The notes: generated from the sequence alone by a model not told the origin. DNA of 64,000 bases from Candidatus Zixiibacteriota bacterium (GCA_024641335.1 JAHEDG010000010.1:9910-73909), one strand, 5' to 3'; numbered from the stretch's first letter, positions 38,864 through 48,469 are shown. A program made the numbers and translations.

Positions 38864-41709
38864 CCAAAAAAGAAATCAAAATCGTACTTGTTTTGCACCG
38901 ATTTAAAATCGGTACGCCTTGAGAAATCGAATCTCAGAACAGTAACATATCCCAGGGATGCCCGGATACCGAAACCGAGGCTTCCGACAACCCCCTTACT
39001 ACCATAATCGGGATTTTCGGCCATTTCTTTATTGGTTTCCCACGAATTTCCGACATCGAAAAACAGCGCTCCACGGATAGCCTGGAACCTCATATTGCCA
39101 AACGGGAATCCGATGAAGAGGTCGTTGACCAACGGAAAACGGATTTCATTATTGACCAACAGCATATTATTGGCGTAGAATTCCCTACGGGGATATCCTC
39201 TCAAAGACCAGCTTCCGCCGAGATAATATCTTTGTTTATCTTGCCCCGCGGAGTGCAGATACATGAACCTGGAAGCGTAAGCCGATGCCTGGCCGAGACG
39301 GAAATATCTGCGGAAGTCCACGTTGTAGGTGCTATTGTAGTAGTTGAGATCTTTCAGTCTGACCGATTGGGTCATTCCGATATTCACTCTGGTGCCCTCG
39401 ATCGGCCCGGTGGGATCCCAGATAGATGTATCTTTGATGTATGAAATAGTCATGGTACCGGTCGTCGCGTTAGTCCGCCTTGCGGGATCATTCGAAATAG
39501 TGGATTGTTTTTCCAGTTTACGCAGGTATAAAGAAGTTTCCAGTCTGCGGTAGCGAGAGATCGGATAGCTGGCGGCGAGAAGCCCTCCATAGGTTCTCTC
39601 GGCGACATATCCGTAGTAGTTTTCGGCGTATTCGTTGTAGAAATGGAAGATACCGGCTCCGAAATTAACTCTCCTGGTTTTATTCATATATGTCGCGCCG
39701 AAATTGACGCTGCTCAAAAAATCGGATTTGGTGTTGGCGGTATTGTAGAGCAGAAAATACCATTGGTGATTGCCCAGGATATCAGTCATAGCGAATTGGA
39801 GGCCTCCCATGGTTCCGCCGAGAGCGTCATAAGAGACCGCGGACTGGGCGATATCAAAGGAGAGTTGAGTTTTGTATTTGGCAGATCCCTGAGCAAGCTG
39901 GCCATCGAGTTTAGGCATTTTCCATGTTTCCCCTGCATTCCAGAGATCGGCAATCTCAACCGGTTCGTCAAGATCGTATTTTGAGCTGTCGGGCAGATCC
40001 ATTTTGTAGATATGGAATCCGAAATTTTGATAGGCTGAGAAGACTACGCTTGAATCTGAGGAGGCCAGCACGGGATCGAAGATACCTGTGACGAAATTGG
40101 TCAGCTGATGAGAGACGATCGAGCTCTCGGTCAGACGGTCGAGTATAAAGAGGTTCATAACGCCGGCGCGATCTGAACAGAAGACAATTCTCTTGTCGTC
40201 TTTGGTCCATTGCGGGTAGCTATCGATATGATCGCCGGATGTAAGGCCGGAGATTTTTCCCGAATCCAGATGATATAGATAGAGATTTCTGGCTCCATTT
40301 CGGCCGGAAATTCCCCTATCGGAGGAGAAGGCGATAAACTGTCCATCGTGCGAGAAAGAGGGGTTTTTATCGGTATAGATATCATTGGTAAGCCGGCTGA
40401 AGGAACTTGATTCGATATCGACCAGATAGAGATCGGATCGTCCTCCCCTGGTCATACCCTCTATCACAATGGAAGCTCCGTCTGGAGACCAGGCTGGCGA
40501 GGAGATAGCTATCAAGGAATCGCTTTTAATCTTATTGACTATTTTTCTCCGATCAGTATCGTAAATATACAGAGCATCGCTTTCCTGGTTTTTGGAGGCG
40601 AAAGCCAGCATGCCATCGTCATTGGCGTCAAGGCCGGATTCGGTGAAATGCAAAGATTCGAATTGTTCCGACCGTCCGCCTTTAATCAGTGTTTTGAAAT
40701 GGCTTTTTTCCCCTTCGAGAGGCATTTCGGCGATTTTGGAATAACCCATGCGGTAAGTTTTGAAGGCGATAAACTCTTTGGGCCCGTCAACGGTGTTTCT
40801 GGTAAAAATGGCGGGTTTGAGGTTATAACCGTCGCGGGTTAATTTATCGGCTATCCTGTCGGGCAGTTCCTGATCCTGCAGGTATGGATAGTAGGTTTTT
40901 TTAAGATCATACTCCCATTCGGCGCCAATTTCGGACAATGTTTTGCCGTAGGTGATCCTGATATTGTCGGAGAAGGTTTTTCCTTTCCACCAGTTATCAA
41001 AAAGATCAGCGAGTTTGTCATCTCCGTATGTTTCTCCGATATGTTTTAAGAGAGACTGTCCGACTTTATACATCAGGAATGTTCCTGAAATGCTGTAGAG
41101 TTCGTCGACCGAAACAATTCGACCGGAGATGGTCATATCGCGCATGAACATATCGGCCTGGCTATCCCATCCGTCAGACCAGTATTCGGCCAATCCTTCG
41201 GTAAACCAGAGCGGAGGAGTTGCGACGCTTGTTCTCCGGTGCATTTTTGCGACATAGGCGATTTTCTGCATGGTGAAAACATGGACCAGCTCGTGCCGGA
41301 CGACCTTGGCAAAATCAGCGAATGAACCGTTAAAAGGAATGACCACCCGCTGTTTGAAAAATTCGGTGAATCCAGCGACATTTTCAGGGAGAAGCCCGGG
41401 GATAATATTGGTTTGCTCGAAGAAAACCGGGGAGCTGTAAACGATGAAGGGGACTTTCTTTTCGATGGTATGGTTGAATTTTTCCTGAAGAAAGTCGTAT
41501 GATTCCTCGGCCAATTGAGCGGCGGCATCGGCGATTTCTTTCTCTTCCGGGTAGAAATATATATTAAAATGCTCGGTAGTCAGAACCTGCCAATCGAACC
41601 TGGTATACTGTATTTTGTTTTGTCCGAAATAATATTGGGCGTGCGAAGTTATTGCGGACAAAAGAATTAGGCAAATAATTCCGCTTGCTACCAGTAATCG
41701 CCGTTGCAT
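38851..41709 (-). CDS. multidomain outer-membrane protein: signal peptide, gluzincin-like HExxH domain, TolB/PD40-like beta-propeller repeats and a C-terminal Omp85-like beta-barrel
   Basis: 952 aa. Signal peptide MQRRLLVASGIICLILLSAITSHA. HELVHVFT followed about 30 aa later by FTEGLAEYW (HExxH…E). PD40-like repeats (PAWSPDGASIVIEG, NPSFSHDGQFIAFSSDRG, YPQWTKDDKRIVFCSDRAG). The C-terminus ends …FGIRASLGYVTVLRFDFSRR…DFDFFFGWNF, with the alternating pattern and terminal Phe of OMP barrels. 13-nt overlap with the propeller gene. Confidence 0.5.
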   Translation of the reverse strand: MQRRLLVASGIICLILLSAITSHAQYYFGQNKIQYTRFDWQVLTTEHFNIYFYPEEKEIADAAAQLAEESYDFLQEKFNHTIEKKVPFIVYSSPVFFEQTNIIPGLLPENVAGFTEFFKQRVVIPFNGSFADFAKVVRHELVHVFTMQKIAYVAKMHRRTSVATPPLWFTEGLAEYWSDGWDSQADMFMRDMTISGRIVSVDELYSISGTFLMYKVGQSLLKHIGETYGDDKLADLFDNWWKGKTFSDNIRITYGKTLSEIGAEWEYDLKKTYYPYLQDQELPDRIADKLTRDGYNLKPAIFTRNTVDGPKEFIAFKTYRMGYSKIAEMPLEGEKSHFKTLIKGGRSEQFESLHFTESGLDANDDGMLAFASKNQESDALYIYDTDRRKIVNKIKSDSLIAISSPAWSPDGASIVIEGMTRGGRSDLYLVDIESSSFSRLTNDIYTDKNPSFSHDGQFIAFSSDRGISGRNGARNLYLYHLDSGKISGLTSGDHIDSYPQWTKDDKRIVFCSDRAGVMNLFILDRLTESSIVSHQLTNFVTGIFDPVLASSDSSVVFSAYQNFGFHIYKMDLPDSSKYDLDEPVEIADLWNAGETWKMPKLDGQLAQGSAKYKTQLSFDIAQSAVSYDALGGTMGGLQFAMTDILGNHQWYFLLYNTANTKSDFLSSVNFGATYMNKTRRVNFGAGIFHFYNEYAENYYGYVAERTYGGLLAASYPISRYRRLETSLYLRKLEKQSTISNDPARRTNATTGTMTISYIKDTSIWDPTGPIEGTRVNIGMTQSVRLKDLNYYNSTYNVDFRRYFRLGQASAYASRFMYLHSAGQDKQRYYLGGSWSLRGYPRREFYANNMLLVNNEIRFPLVNDLFIGFPFGNMRFQAIRGALFFDVGNSWETNKEMAENPDYGSKGVVGSLGFGIRASLGYVTVLRFDFSRRTDFKSVQNKYDFDFFFGWNF

Positions 41710-41904
41710 TAGAACCCCCTGTCTACTATAGAGTTAACCGAATACGGCTTGACGGTGTTCCCCGTCCTCGACATTACTGGCGAAAAGAAAGGCGAGCAAA
41801 AAACAACCATTAATAATCTAACCCTCACGTCAAATTTAATTAACATTTGAAATAAGTCAACATAAATGTTTGCACAGTGTTGTAAGGTCCGATTGCATAA
41901 GGAT

Positions 41905-42633
41905 TTATCCGGCCAAATCGGCCTTTTTACTTCTTTTTCCGATGATAATTAGTATTAATATGGATATTTCATAGAGGATATATAGCGGCAAGCCCATCAT
42001 AGCCATAGAAAAAACATCGGGAGGTGTGACCACGGCGGCGATTACGGCGATAGCGACAACCGCGTATCGTCTACCCTTGCCGAGCATTCCGGCGTTAATA
42101 ATGCCTAATTTGCCCAGAAATAGGGCGATAATCGGTGTCTGAAAGACCGCTCCATACGCCAGGGTAGTCCACATGACGAAATTCAGGTATTCATTTACAG
42201 TTAGCACCGGGGTGACGTTTTCCGGCGCGATATTGAGCAGGAAGGATATGGTAAACGGAAGAACCCAGACAAAGCACATCGCCGCCCCGCCCAGGAATAG
42301 AACTGATGAGATAAAAACCAGCGGGATAATGAATTTCTTTTCATGCTCATAGAGACCGGGCATGACAAAACACCAGGCCTGGTAAACCGTAATTGGTATA
42401 GAGACGAAGATACCGGCCAGAAAGGAAAGTTTGATTCTGACGGTAAAACCTTCGGAGATTTTGAGGAAATTCAAATCGATTTTGCCATCGGGAACCGCTT
42501 TTTCGAGCGGATAGCGGAGCCAATGGAAGAGAAAATCGGAAATTAGGTAGCAACCGATAGAGGCGATGATCATAGCGGCCAGGATCTTGATAATTCTCCA
42601 GCGCAATTCCTCGAGATGTTCCAGGAATGGCAT
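41905..42633 (-). CDS. tatC: twin-arginine translocase subunit TatC
   Basis: MPFLEHLEELRWRIIK… plus 6 TM helices. The track start at 42750 overlaps nrdR; the start is taken at the internal MPFLEHL (42633). Confidence 0.85.
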   Translation of the reverse strand: MPFLEHLEELRWRIIKILAAMIIASIGCYLISDFLFHWLRYPLEKAVPDGKIDLNFLKISEGFTVRIKLSFLAGIFVSIPITVYQAWCFVMPGLYEHEKKFIIPLVFISSVLFLGGAAMCFVWVLPFTISFLLNIAPENVTPVLTVNEYLNFVMWTTLAYGAVFQTPIIALFLGKLGIINAGMLGKGRRYAVVAIAVIAAVVTPPDVFSMAMMGLPLYILYEISILILIIIGKRSKKADLAG

Positions 42634-42640
42634 TTCCCCG

Positions 42641-43414
42641 CTAATTCTGGCTGCCAAGTTTTTCCTCCTCGGAGAGGCTTTCCACTTCTCTGGTAAATTC
42701 GGAGACGTCTTTGAATTTTCTATAGACCGAGGCGAAACGGATATAGGCAACCTCGTCGATTTCTCTGAGGCGTTTCATGATTAGTGTACCGAGTTCGGAG
42801 GAGGAGACCTCGCGACGTTTAGCCAGCGATTCGATTATCTCTTCGGCCAGACTTTCTATTTTCCGTTGGGATACGGGTCGTTTACGGAGAGCAATACTGA
42901 TGGAAGATATCAGTTTTTCACGTTTGAACGGTTCGTATCGGCCGTTAGCCTTGATCACCTGGAGTGATCCGGGCAGGGCTTTCAGCGAGGTAATGAATTC
43001 ATCCTTATCGGAGAAACGTTGATGGGCGGCGGCGTAACGGACATAAGAGACCTCGTCGAGCTTGAGCAGTTCTTTTTGCACGAGTTCGCCGATTTGACCG
43101 CTGTTTATCCCTCCGGAGTATTCGTTTTTAATTCGGGCAGTGAGATCGGAGATGACTGTTTGTATCCGTTCCCTGGAGACCGGTCTGTTTTTCAAAGCCA
43201 TATCGATACTGCCGGCAATTTTCTCGATCATGAAGGGTTCCCGCCGTCCATCGGCTTTGATTACCGTTGGGGAGGGTGTTTCCACCTGTTCATAGGTAGT
43301 GAACCGGTTGCCGCAGGCCAGGCATTCGCGTCTTCTGCGAATGGCACGACTATCCGCGGCCGGACGAGAATCAATAACCTTATCGCCGTCGGCGTTGCAG
43401 GCGGGGCAGATCAT
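42641..43414 (-). CDS. nrdR: transcriptional repressor NrdR with a duplicated (tandem) ATP-cone domain
   Basis: MICPACN…IDSR…IRRRRECLACGNRFTTYE zinc ribbon, then two consecutive ATP-cone units (VIKADGRREPFMIEKIAGSI…YVRYAAAHQRF and VIKANGRYEPFKREKLISSI…YIRFASVYRKF). Canonical NrdR is about 150 aa with one cone; this is about 258 aa. Confidence 0.75.
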   Translation of the reverse strand: MICPACNADGDKVIDSRPAADSRAIRRRRECLACGNRFTTYEQVETPSPTVIKADGRREPFMIEKIAGSIDMALKNRPVSRERIQTVISDLTARIKNEYSGGINSGQIGELVQKELLKLDEVSYVRYAAAHQRFSDKDEFITSLKALPGSLQVIKANGRYEPFKREKLISSISIALRKRPVSQRKIESLAEEIIESLAKRREVSSSELGTLIMKRLREIDEVAYIRFASVYRKFKDVSEFTREVESLSEEEKLGSQN

Positions 43415-44172
43415 GAGGAAATCATCACTTTCCATCCGAGATCGGCGCCGAAGTGACTATCGGCCCGTCCCAGGTTGATCGCTATTTCCAGGTAACCCAT
43501 GCTTCCGATATAAGCCAGCGGTTTACCCCGCGGAACATCGGAGAAAGCTCTGACCAATGGGATATCGTCCACTCCGGGCAGCTTGATTCTGCTACTCGGT
43601 TTGATCAACTCCCGGGATAAATTTGTAATCAGGTTGCCGAAATTGTCAATATCAATCACGACGCCTTCGATACCACTTTTTCCGATTGCCGGTAAAGGTG
43701 TTTTTAAGAGCACCGGATTATCTATGATATCCCCCAGATCGGCCGGTTTTTCCCCGGCGGCTATCAAGGCGGCAGCCGGCGCGAATATATCCCGTCCGTG
43801 GAAAGTAGCCGATATTTCAGCAGACGGCAGCGATCCGATATTTATTTCCCGCCATTGGGAATCAAGGGATCTTTCCATGATTCCGGTGAAGATGCCGTTA
43901 TCGGGTCCGACGTAATAGTATCGCCCGTCAAAACCTACAAGGGCCCTGCGACTGGATCCGACAGTGGGATCGACAACCAGCAGATGGATTGTTTCGGCAG
44001 GGTAATAGCGATAATATCTGGCCAGGGCAAAAGACGATTTTACGACCCCGGTCAGATCGTGGGTAACATCGATAATCTCGGCCTGGGGTGAGATCGATTT
44101 GATAACCCCCTTCATGGCGGCGGGGTAACCGTCGACTGTGCCGAAATCAGTAGCGAGAGTAATAATGCTCAT
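43411..44172 (-). CDS. SAM hydroxide adenosyltransferase family protein (DUF62; chlorinase/fluorinase-like fold)
   Basis: MSIITLATDFGTVDGYPAAMKGVI…LLVVDPTVGSSRR…YYVGPDNGIF, the signature N-terminus of DUF62. Confidence 0.75.
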   Translation of the reverse strand: MSIITLATDFGTVDGYPAAMKGVIKSISPQAEIIDVTHDLTGVVKSSFALARYYRYYPAETIHLLVVDPTVGSSRRALVGFDGRYYYVGPDNGIFTGIMERSLDSQWREINIGSLPSAEISATFHGRDIFAPAAALIAAGEKPADLGDIIDNPVLLKTPLPAIGKSGIEGVVIDIDNFGNLITNLSRELIKPSSRIKLPGVDDIPLVRAFSDVPRGKPLAYIGSMGYLEIAINLGRADSHFGADLGWKVMISS

Positions 44173-44592
44173 CTATATTTTTATCAGGTTTAGGCCGGTT
44201 TGCTCGTCCCGACCTCGGCTAATTACTGTCTCTCCGGACCTGATATAGAATTCGCCGGTAACCGCGACAATCGCGCTGAACAGGTGGCCTCCGAAAACAG
44301 AGCATTGCTTATCGGAAATAACCGCGTGGCAATGCAGTATGGTCTCGGAGCCGAGTTTGGCGAAATTGCCGGAAAGATTCAACAGCTCGTGATCGCCGTC
44401 GAATTCCCTTTTATGGTACTCTCCCCCGACCAGATCGTAGTAGCCGAGAGTGATTTTCTTTAAAGCCCCGATCCCAACAACAGTGCCGGAACTAATATTA
44501 TTATCGGCGGCGAATTTCGCCAGGGTCGATACGACCTCGTCGCCGATATCACAGCGAACAAAGAAACCGTCCTTTATTGTTTTGCTTTGCAC
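44173..44592 (-). CDS. PPC/DUF296 domain protein
   Basis: 139 aa; …GTVVGIGALKKITLGYYD…HCHAVISD…FGGHLF…, the PPC (plants-and-prokaryotes-conserved) fold. Confidence 0.55.
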   Translation of the reverse strand: MQSKTIKDGFFVRCDIGDEVVSTLAKFAADNNISSGTVVGIGALKKITLGYYDLVGGEYHKREFDGDHELLNLSGNFAKLGSETILHCHAVISDKQCSVFGGHLFSAIVAVTGEFYIRSGETVISRGRDEQTGLNLIKI

Positions 44593-44931
44593 CTACTCCC
44601 CTTTGCTGTCCGATTCAATACCGCAGGATGATCTGACCCAATCGGCGTATTCAGCTGACACGGCGGCGACATCGAAGGCGATTACCTCCGGGTAGTTATA
44701 GGAATGACTGGCTTTGACATATTTCTCGATGTCTCCGAATTTCGAGCGGATCGATTTAATGATCAACAGCCATTCGTCCTGATTTTCAATCTTCCCCTGC
44801 CAATAAAAGACTGATCTCACTCCGGAAATATTCACGCAGGCGGCGAGATTTTTTTTAACGAGGCCGTCGGAAATCAATACCGCCTCTTCCTCCGTGACGC
44901 AGGTTACCATTATGATTATCAGATCTTCCAT
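44593..44931 (-). CDS. cutA: divalent-cation tolerance protein CutA
   Basis: …AACVNISGVRSVFYWQGKIENQDEWLLIIKS…HSYNYPEVIAFDV, typical CutA1. The start is taken at MEDLIIIMVTC rather than the over-extended track ORF. Confidence 0.7.
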   Translation of the reverse strand: MEDLIIIMVTCVTEEEAVLISDGLVKKNLAACVNISGVRSVFYWQGKIENQDEWLLIIKSIRSKFGDIEKYVKASHSYNYPEVIAFDVAAVSAEYADWVRSSCGIESDSKGE

Positions 44932-45138
44932 TTTATCGCCTCGTGTTTCAGCCGATCCTCGGCGGGCGGCATGCTTTCTTCGACCGGAGGTCGAAGTCGG
45001 CATTGGCCGAGACTTTTCAATTCAAGATCCTCAATTATTCGAACATTTCCTTCCGGTATATTGTTTCTTTCGCCGCTATACGGGTGAAAATGCCCAATCC
45101 CGCCGTAGCGGGATAAAGCATGCCGCCCAGATAAAAGC

Positions 45139-45444
45139 CTACTTCCTGACCTCCCGACCGATAATCTTCTCGATATCGGCGATTTTGCCCTTGAGCCGGC
45201 CTTTGGCCCCGGCGCGATCATCGATAGAGATCTTGGTGTTGACTCGCTCGGAGCTTTCTCTAAGCTTATTATGGCAGGCTCTGATCAGGCTCATAACCTC
45301 GTCCCAGTCGCCTTCCACGATTGTGCCCATGGCGGTAGTCTGGTAATCGAGACCGGATTTATCGATCAGGTCGATCACCCCGGCCACGTCCTTGCCCAGC
45401 GCGGTGCCCTTATCCAATGGAAAAGTAGAGAACATTGCCAGCAT
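45139..45444 (-). CDS. MTH1187/YkoF-family (DUF77) small thiamine-binding-like protein
   Basis: 101 aa, MLAMFSTFPLDKGTALGKDVAGVIDLI…, the ferredoxin-like fold family MTH1187/YkoF. Confidence 0.65.
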   Translation of the reverse strand: MLAMFSTFPLDKGTALGKDVAGVIDLIDKSGLDYQTTAMGTIVEGDWDEVMSLIRACHNKLRESSERVNTKISIDDRAGAKGRLKGKIADIEKIIGREVRK

Positions 45445-45632
45445 TAAGCCCTCCTTTCGGTTTCCCCTTAAACGCTGTAAGTCTCGCCTTCAGCTTACGA
45501 CTATCGGGATGTCGTCAGGAAAGGATTCCTGACAACTCTTAGGAACGACCCGCAGAGAATGCGCTCGTTGGCTATTGCGGTATTTATGCGCTTCAGGATG
45601 CCGTTTCGCTTCATCCTGACAGATAAAGATAC
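45445..45632 (-). promoter_or_regulatory. structured 188-nt 5' leader (candidate cis-regulatory RNA, class unassigned) carrying two copies of the GTCAGGA…TCCTGAC hairpin
   Basis: Minus-sense RNA folds into at least three stable hairpins: CAGGAUG-aagcgaaacgg-CAUCCUG, GUCAGGAA-uccu-UUCCUGAC, and a distal UUGCGGUA/UACCGCAA pairing. The SD AGGAGGG is 7 nt before the AUG. No TPP-riboswitch core (CUGAGA, …GCGUAGGGA) could be identified. Confidence 0.3.
45592..45619. repeat. REP-like palindromic element, copy A (TCAGGATG…CATCCTGA)
   Basis: An 8-bp inverted repeat around an 11-nt loop, 13 nt past the glyA stop. A related GTCAGGAA-aggatt-CCTGAC hairpin lies at 45513-45532. Confidence 0.45.
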
Positions 45633-46880
45633 CTACCGCAATTCCGGGTAAAGCGGGAATTTGGCGCAGAGAGTAGAGACCTCCCGGCGCACATCGGCGA
45701 TGACTGAATCATCTTTCATGTTCTTGATCACACGGGAGATCATTTTGCCGATCTGCATCATTTCATCAACTCCCATGCCGCGGGTGGTGACAGCCGGAGC
45801 GCCGATTCTTATGCCCGATGTTACAAACGGTTTTTCCGGATCGAACGGCACGGTATTCTTGTTGACCGTGATGGCGGCCTTCTCCAACGCTTTCTCGACT
45901 TCTTTGCCGGTAATCCCCTGGCCGACGAATGAGAGCAGCAAAAGATGCGTATCAGTTCCGCCGGAAACCACGTGGAAACCATCGTCGAGCAAAGTCCGGG
46001 CCAGAGTTTTGGCATTGGCAATAATCTTTTTCTGATATTCTTTGAATTCCGGCTTCAGGGCCTCTTTGAAAGCCACGGCTTTGGCTGCGATGATATGCAT
46101 TAGCGGGCCGCCCTGGATACCGGGCATGACCTCGCGGTCGAGGTCTTTGGAATATTTCTCCTTGCACATAATCATCCCGCCGCGCGGACCACGCAGGGTT
46201 TTATGGGTTGTCGTAGTCACGAAGTCGGCGTACGGAACCGGCGACGGATGCAGACCGGCAGCCACCAGACCGGCGATATGGGCTATATCGACAACCAGAT
46301 AGGCGCCGACCTCGTCGCAAACCTCGCGGAATTTCTTGAAATCGAGTACGCGCGGGTAGGCAGAGGCTCCGGCCATAATCAAGCTGGGCCCGACTTCAAC
46401 AGCTCTTTTCATCAGTTGGTCGTAATCGATGGTTTCTGTTTCTTTGCTAACCGAATACGGCTCGACTTTGTACAACTTGCCTGAGAAATTCACCGGATGG
46501 CCGTGGGTAAGATGTCCGCCATGGGAAAGATTCAATCCCATGATCGTATCGCCCGGTTTCAATACAGTGAAATAGACAGCCATATTGGCCTGCGAGCCGG
46601 AGTGCGGTTGAACATTGACATGTTCGCAACCGAAAAGCTCCCTGGCGCGGGCTCGGGCCAGATTCTCGGCATCGTCGACAAAAGCACAGCCGCCGTAATA
46701 ACGTTTGCCGGGATACCCCTCGGCGTATTTGTTGGTCATGACCGATCCCATCGCCTCCATCACAGGATAGGAAACGAAATTCTCAGAGGCAATCAGTTCG
46801 AGGCCGTCATGCTGACGGTCGACCTCGCCGCACATGGCCTGATAGATTTCAGGATCGGCGTCTTTTAAATATTCAAACAT
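45633..46880 (-). CDS. glyA: serine hydroxymethyltransferase
   Basis: 415 aa with PLP-lysine region …[15 protein letters not shown]…, the canonical SHMT. Confidence 0.95.
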   Translation of the reverse strand: MFEYLKDADPEIYQAMCGEVDRQHDGLELIASENFVSYPVMEAMGSVMTNKYAEGYPGKRYYGGCAFVDDAENLARARARELFGCEHVNVQPHSGSQANMAVYFTVLKPGDTIMGLNLSHGGHLTHGHPVNFSGKLYKVEPYSVSKETETIDYDQLMKRAVEVGPSLIMAGASAYPRVLDFKKFREVCDEVGAYLVVDIAHIAGLVAAGLHPSPVPYADFVTTTTHKTLRGPRGGMIMCKEKYSKDLDREVMPGIQGGPLMHIIAAKAVAFKEALKPEFKEYQKKIIANAKTLARTLLDDGFHVVSGGTDTHLLLLSFVGQGITGKEVEKALEKAAITVNKNTVPFDPEKPFVTSGIRIGAPAVTTRGMGVDEMMQIGKMISRVIKNMKDDSVIADVRREVSTLCAKFPLYPELR

Positions 46881-46932
46881 CGAATTCCCTCATCGCAAAA
46901 ATTACTTAGCAATTGCGAGCAGGCTTACGTTA

Positions 46933-47856
46933 TCAGTTAACATAGGTAAGCCAGCCGAATTTATCGTACTTGCTGTTCTCAAAAATCGAGAAAAAAGCTT
47001 TCTGCAATTTTTCGGTGAGAGGCCCCCGCTTTCCCTGGCCGATCTTGATACCGTCGATGGTGCGGATAGGGGTTATCTCGGCAGCGGAACCTGTGAAAAA
47101 GACCTCGTCGGCGATATACAACGCCTCTCTGGGAATCTCTTCCTCGATGACCTTTATTCCCAGGTCATCGGCCAGCCGCATGACAGTGTTCCTGGTAATA
47201 CCGGGCAGAATGGACGATCCGAAAGGAGGTGTAATGATAGCGTTATCCCTGACAATGAAAATATTCTCGCCGGAACCCTCGGAAACATGACCGAAGACAT
47301 CGAGAGCGATGCCCTCGACATAACCGTGAGCCCGAGCCTCCAGCCTAATCAGCTGTCCATTCATATAGTTGGCGGATGATTTTGCCATGGCCGGCATTGT
47401 TCCCGGAGCGTTGCGCCGCCAGGACGAAACGCCGACATCAACACCCTGCTCCAGAGCCTCGGGACCGAGGTATTTGCCCCAGGGCCAAACGGCTATGGAA
47501 ACATCGATAGGCACGCCGGTAGGATCGACGCCGAGATGACTGTAGCCTCGATAAACCAGCGGGCGAATATAGCAGGCCTCCATCTTATTGACCCTGATAA
47601 GTTCTATGATGGCCTTATTAATATCTTCTCTCGTGAAAGGGATCTCCATACGATAGATTTTGCAGGAGTTAAACATCCGATCGGTATGTTCCGCCAGCCT
47701 GAAAATGGCCGGGCCTTTGGGTGTTTTATAGCATCGAGCGCCCTCAAAAATACCAGACCCATAATGCAGAACGTGAGAGAGGACGTGCACTTTGGCGTCA
47801 TCCCAATCTACGAGCTTACCATTCATCCAGATCTTATCTACTTTTTCAAAAGCCAT
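46933..47856 (-). CDS. ilvE: branched-chain amino acid aminotransferase (fold-type IV PLP enzyme)
   Basis: 307 aa; …HVLHYGSGIFEGARCY…EVFFTGSAAEITPI… class IV aminotransferase motifs. Confidence 0.9.
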   Translation of the reverse strand: MAFEKVDKIWMNGKLVDWDDAKVHVLSHVLHYGSGIFEGARCYKTPKGPAIFRLAEHTDRMFNSCKIYRMEIPFTREDINKAIIELIRVNKMEACYIRPLVYRGYSHLGVDPTGVPIDVSIAVWPWGKYLGPEALEQGVDVGVSSWRRNAPGTMPAMAKSSANYMNGQLIRLEARAHGYVEGIALDVFGHVSEGSGENIFIVRDNAIITPPFGSSILPGITRNTVMRLADDLGIKVIEEEIPREALYIADEVFFTGSAAEITPIRTIDGIKIGQGKRGPLTEKLQKAFFSIFENSKYDKFGWLTYVN

Positions 47857-48163
47857 GGTTCCTCCAGATTATTACCTCGAATAGAGGTAATCGTAAAACA
47901 GGCACACCAATAAATCATCTAAACCGCATGAAGATACCATTTCAGGCCGGGGATTTCAAGGAATATTAGTCCGGCGTTTAGCGCCGGAATTATCGCCATC
48001 AATACATCAGGAAATTATGGTTATTAAAATAGAATAAGAGCAGATTAGTGAGCAACCCGTTCCCGAAAATGGATAGAATATGATTCAGCCGGAATCGAGC
48101 TTAAGGCGTTTCGAGGAATATAGATATACGCCTGATATCGCCTTCGATTATTCCGGGCCAATA

Positions 48164-48469
48164 CTACTTATTCTTCAACTCGATTATGAGATCCTGCAGA
48201 TACTCGGCATGAGTCTTGGAAGCCCTGTTAAGATCATCAGCTGTTAATCTGTTCATTGTCGGCTTTTCGAGATTTTCGAAAGTTACGGCTTTTTGATGGT
48301 CGAAATCAGAATTAAGGAGTTGTTTGGTTTCGTCCACCCACTCGTGAAACAACCTTACGGTCTCCCCTGGTCCGTTATCGGAGTAGGCGCTCATAACAGT
48401 CGACAGCCTGACGATTTTGTCAGTCATCTTCATGGTCAGCTCGAGTCTTTTTGATCCTTCGGTCATCAC
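48164..48469 (-). CDS. hypothetical small protein (101 aa)
   Basis: ORF with reasonable codon usage in a 600-nt spacer between ilvE and the lyase gene; no family recognised. Confidence 0.3.
   Translation of the reverse strand: MMTEGSKRLELTMKMTDKIVRLSTVMSAYSDNGPGETVRLFHEWVDETKQLLNSDFDHQKAVTFENLEKPTMNRLTADDLNRASKTHAEYLQDLIIELKNK

Noticed and set aside
45445-45632. TPP (thiamine pyrophosphate) riboswitch upstream of the MTH1187/YkoF gene
   Set aside because: Expected from the family association, but the reverse-strand RNA lacks the invariant CUGAGA and ACCUGAUCUGGAUAAUGCCAGCGUAGGGA-type blocks. It is reported only as an unassigned structured leader.
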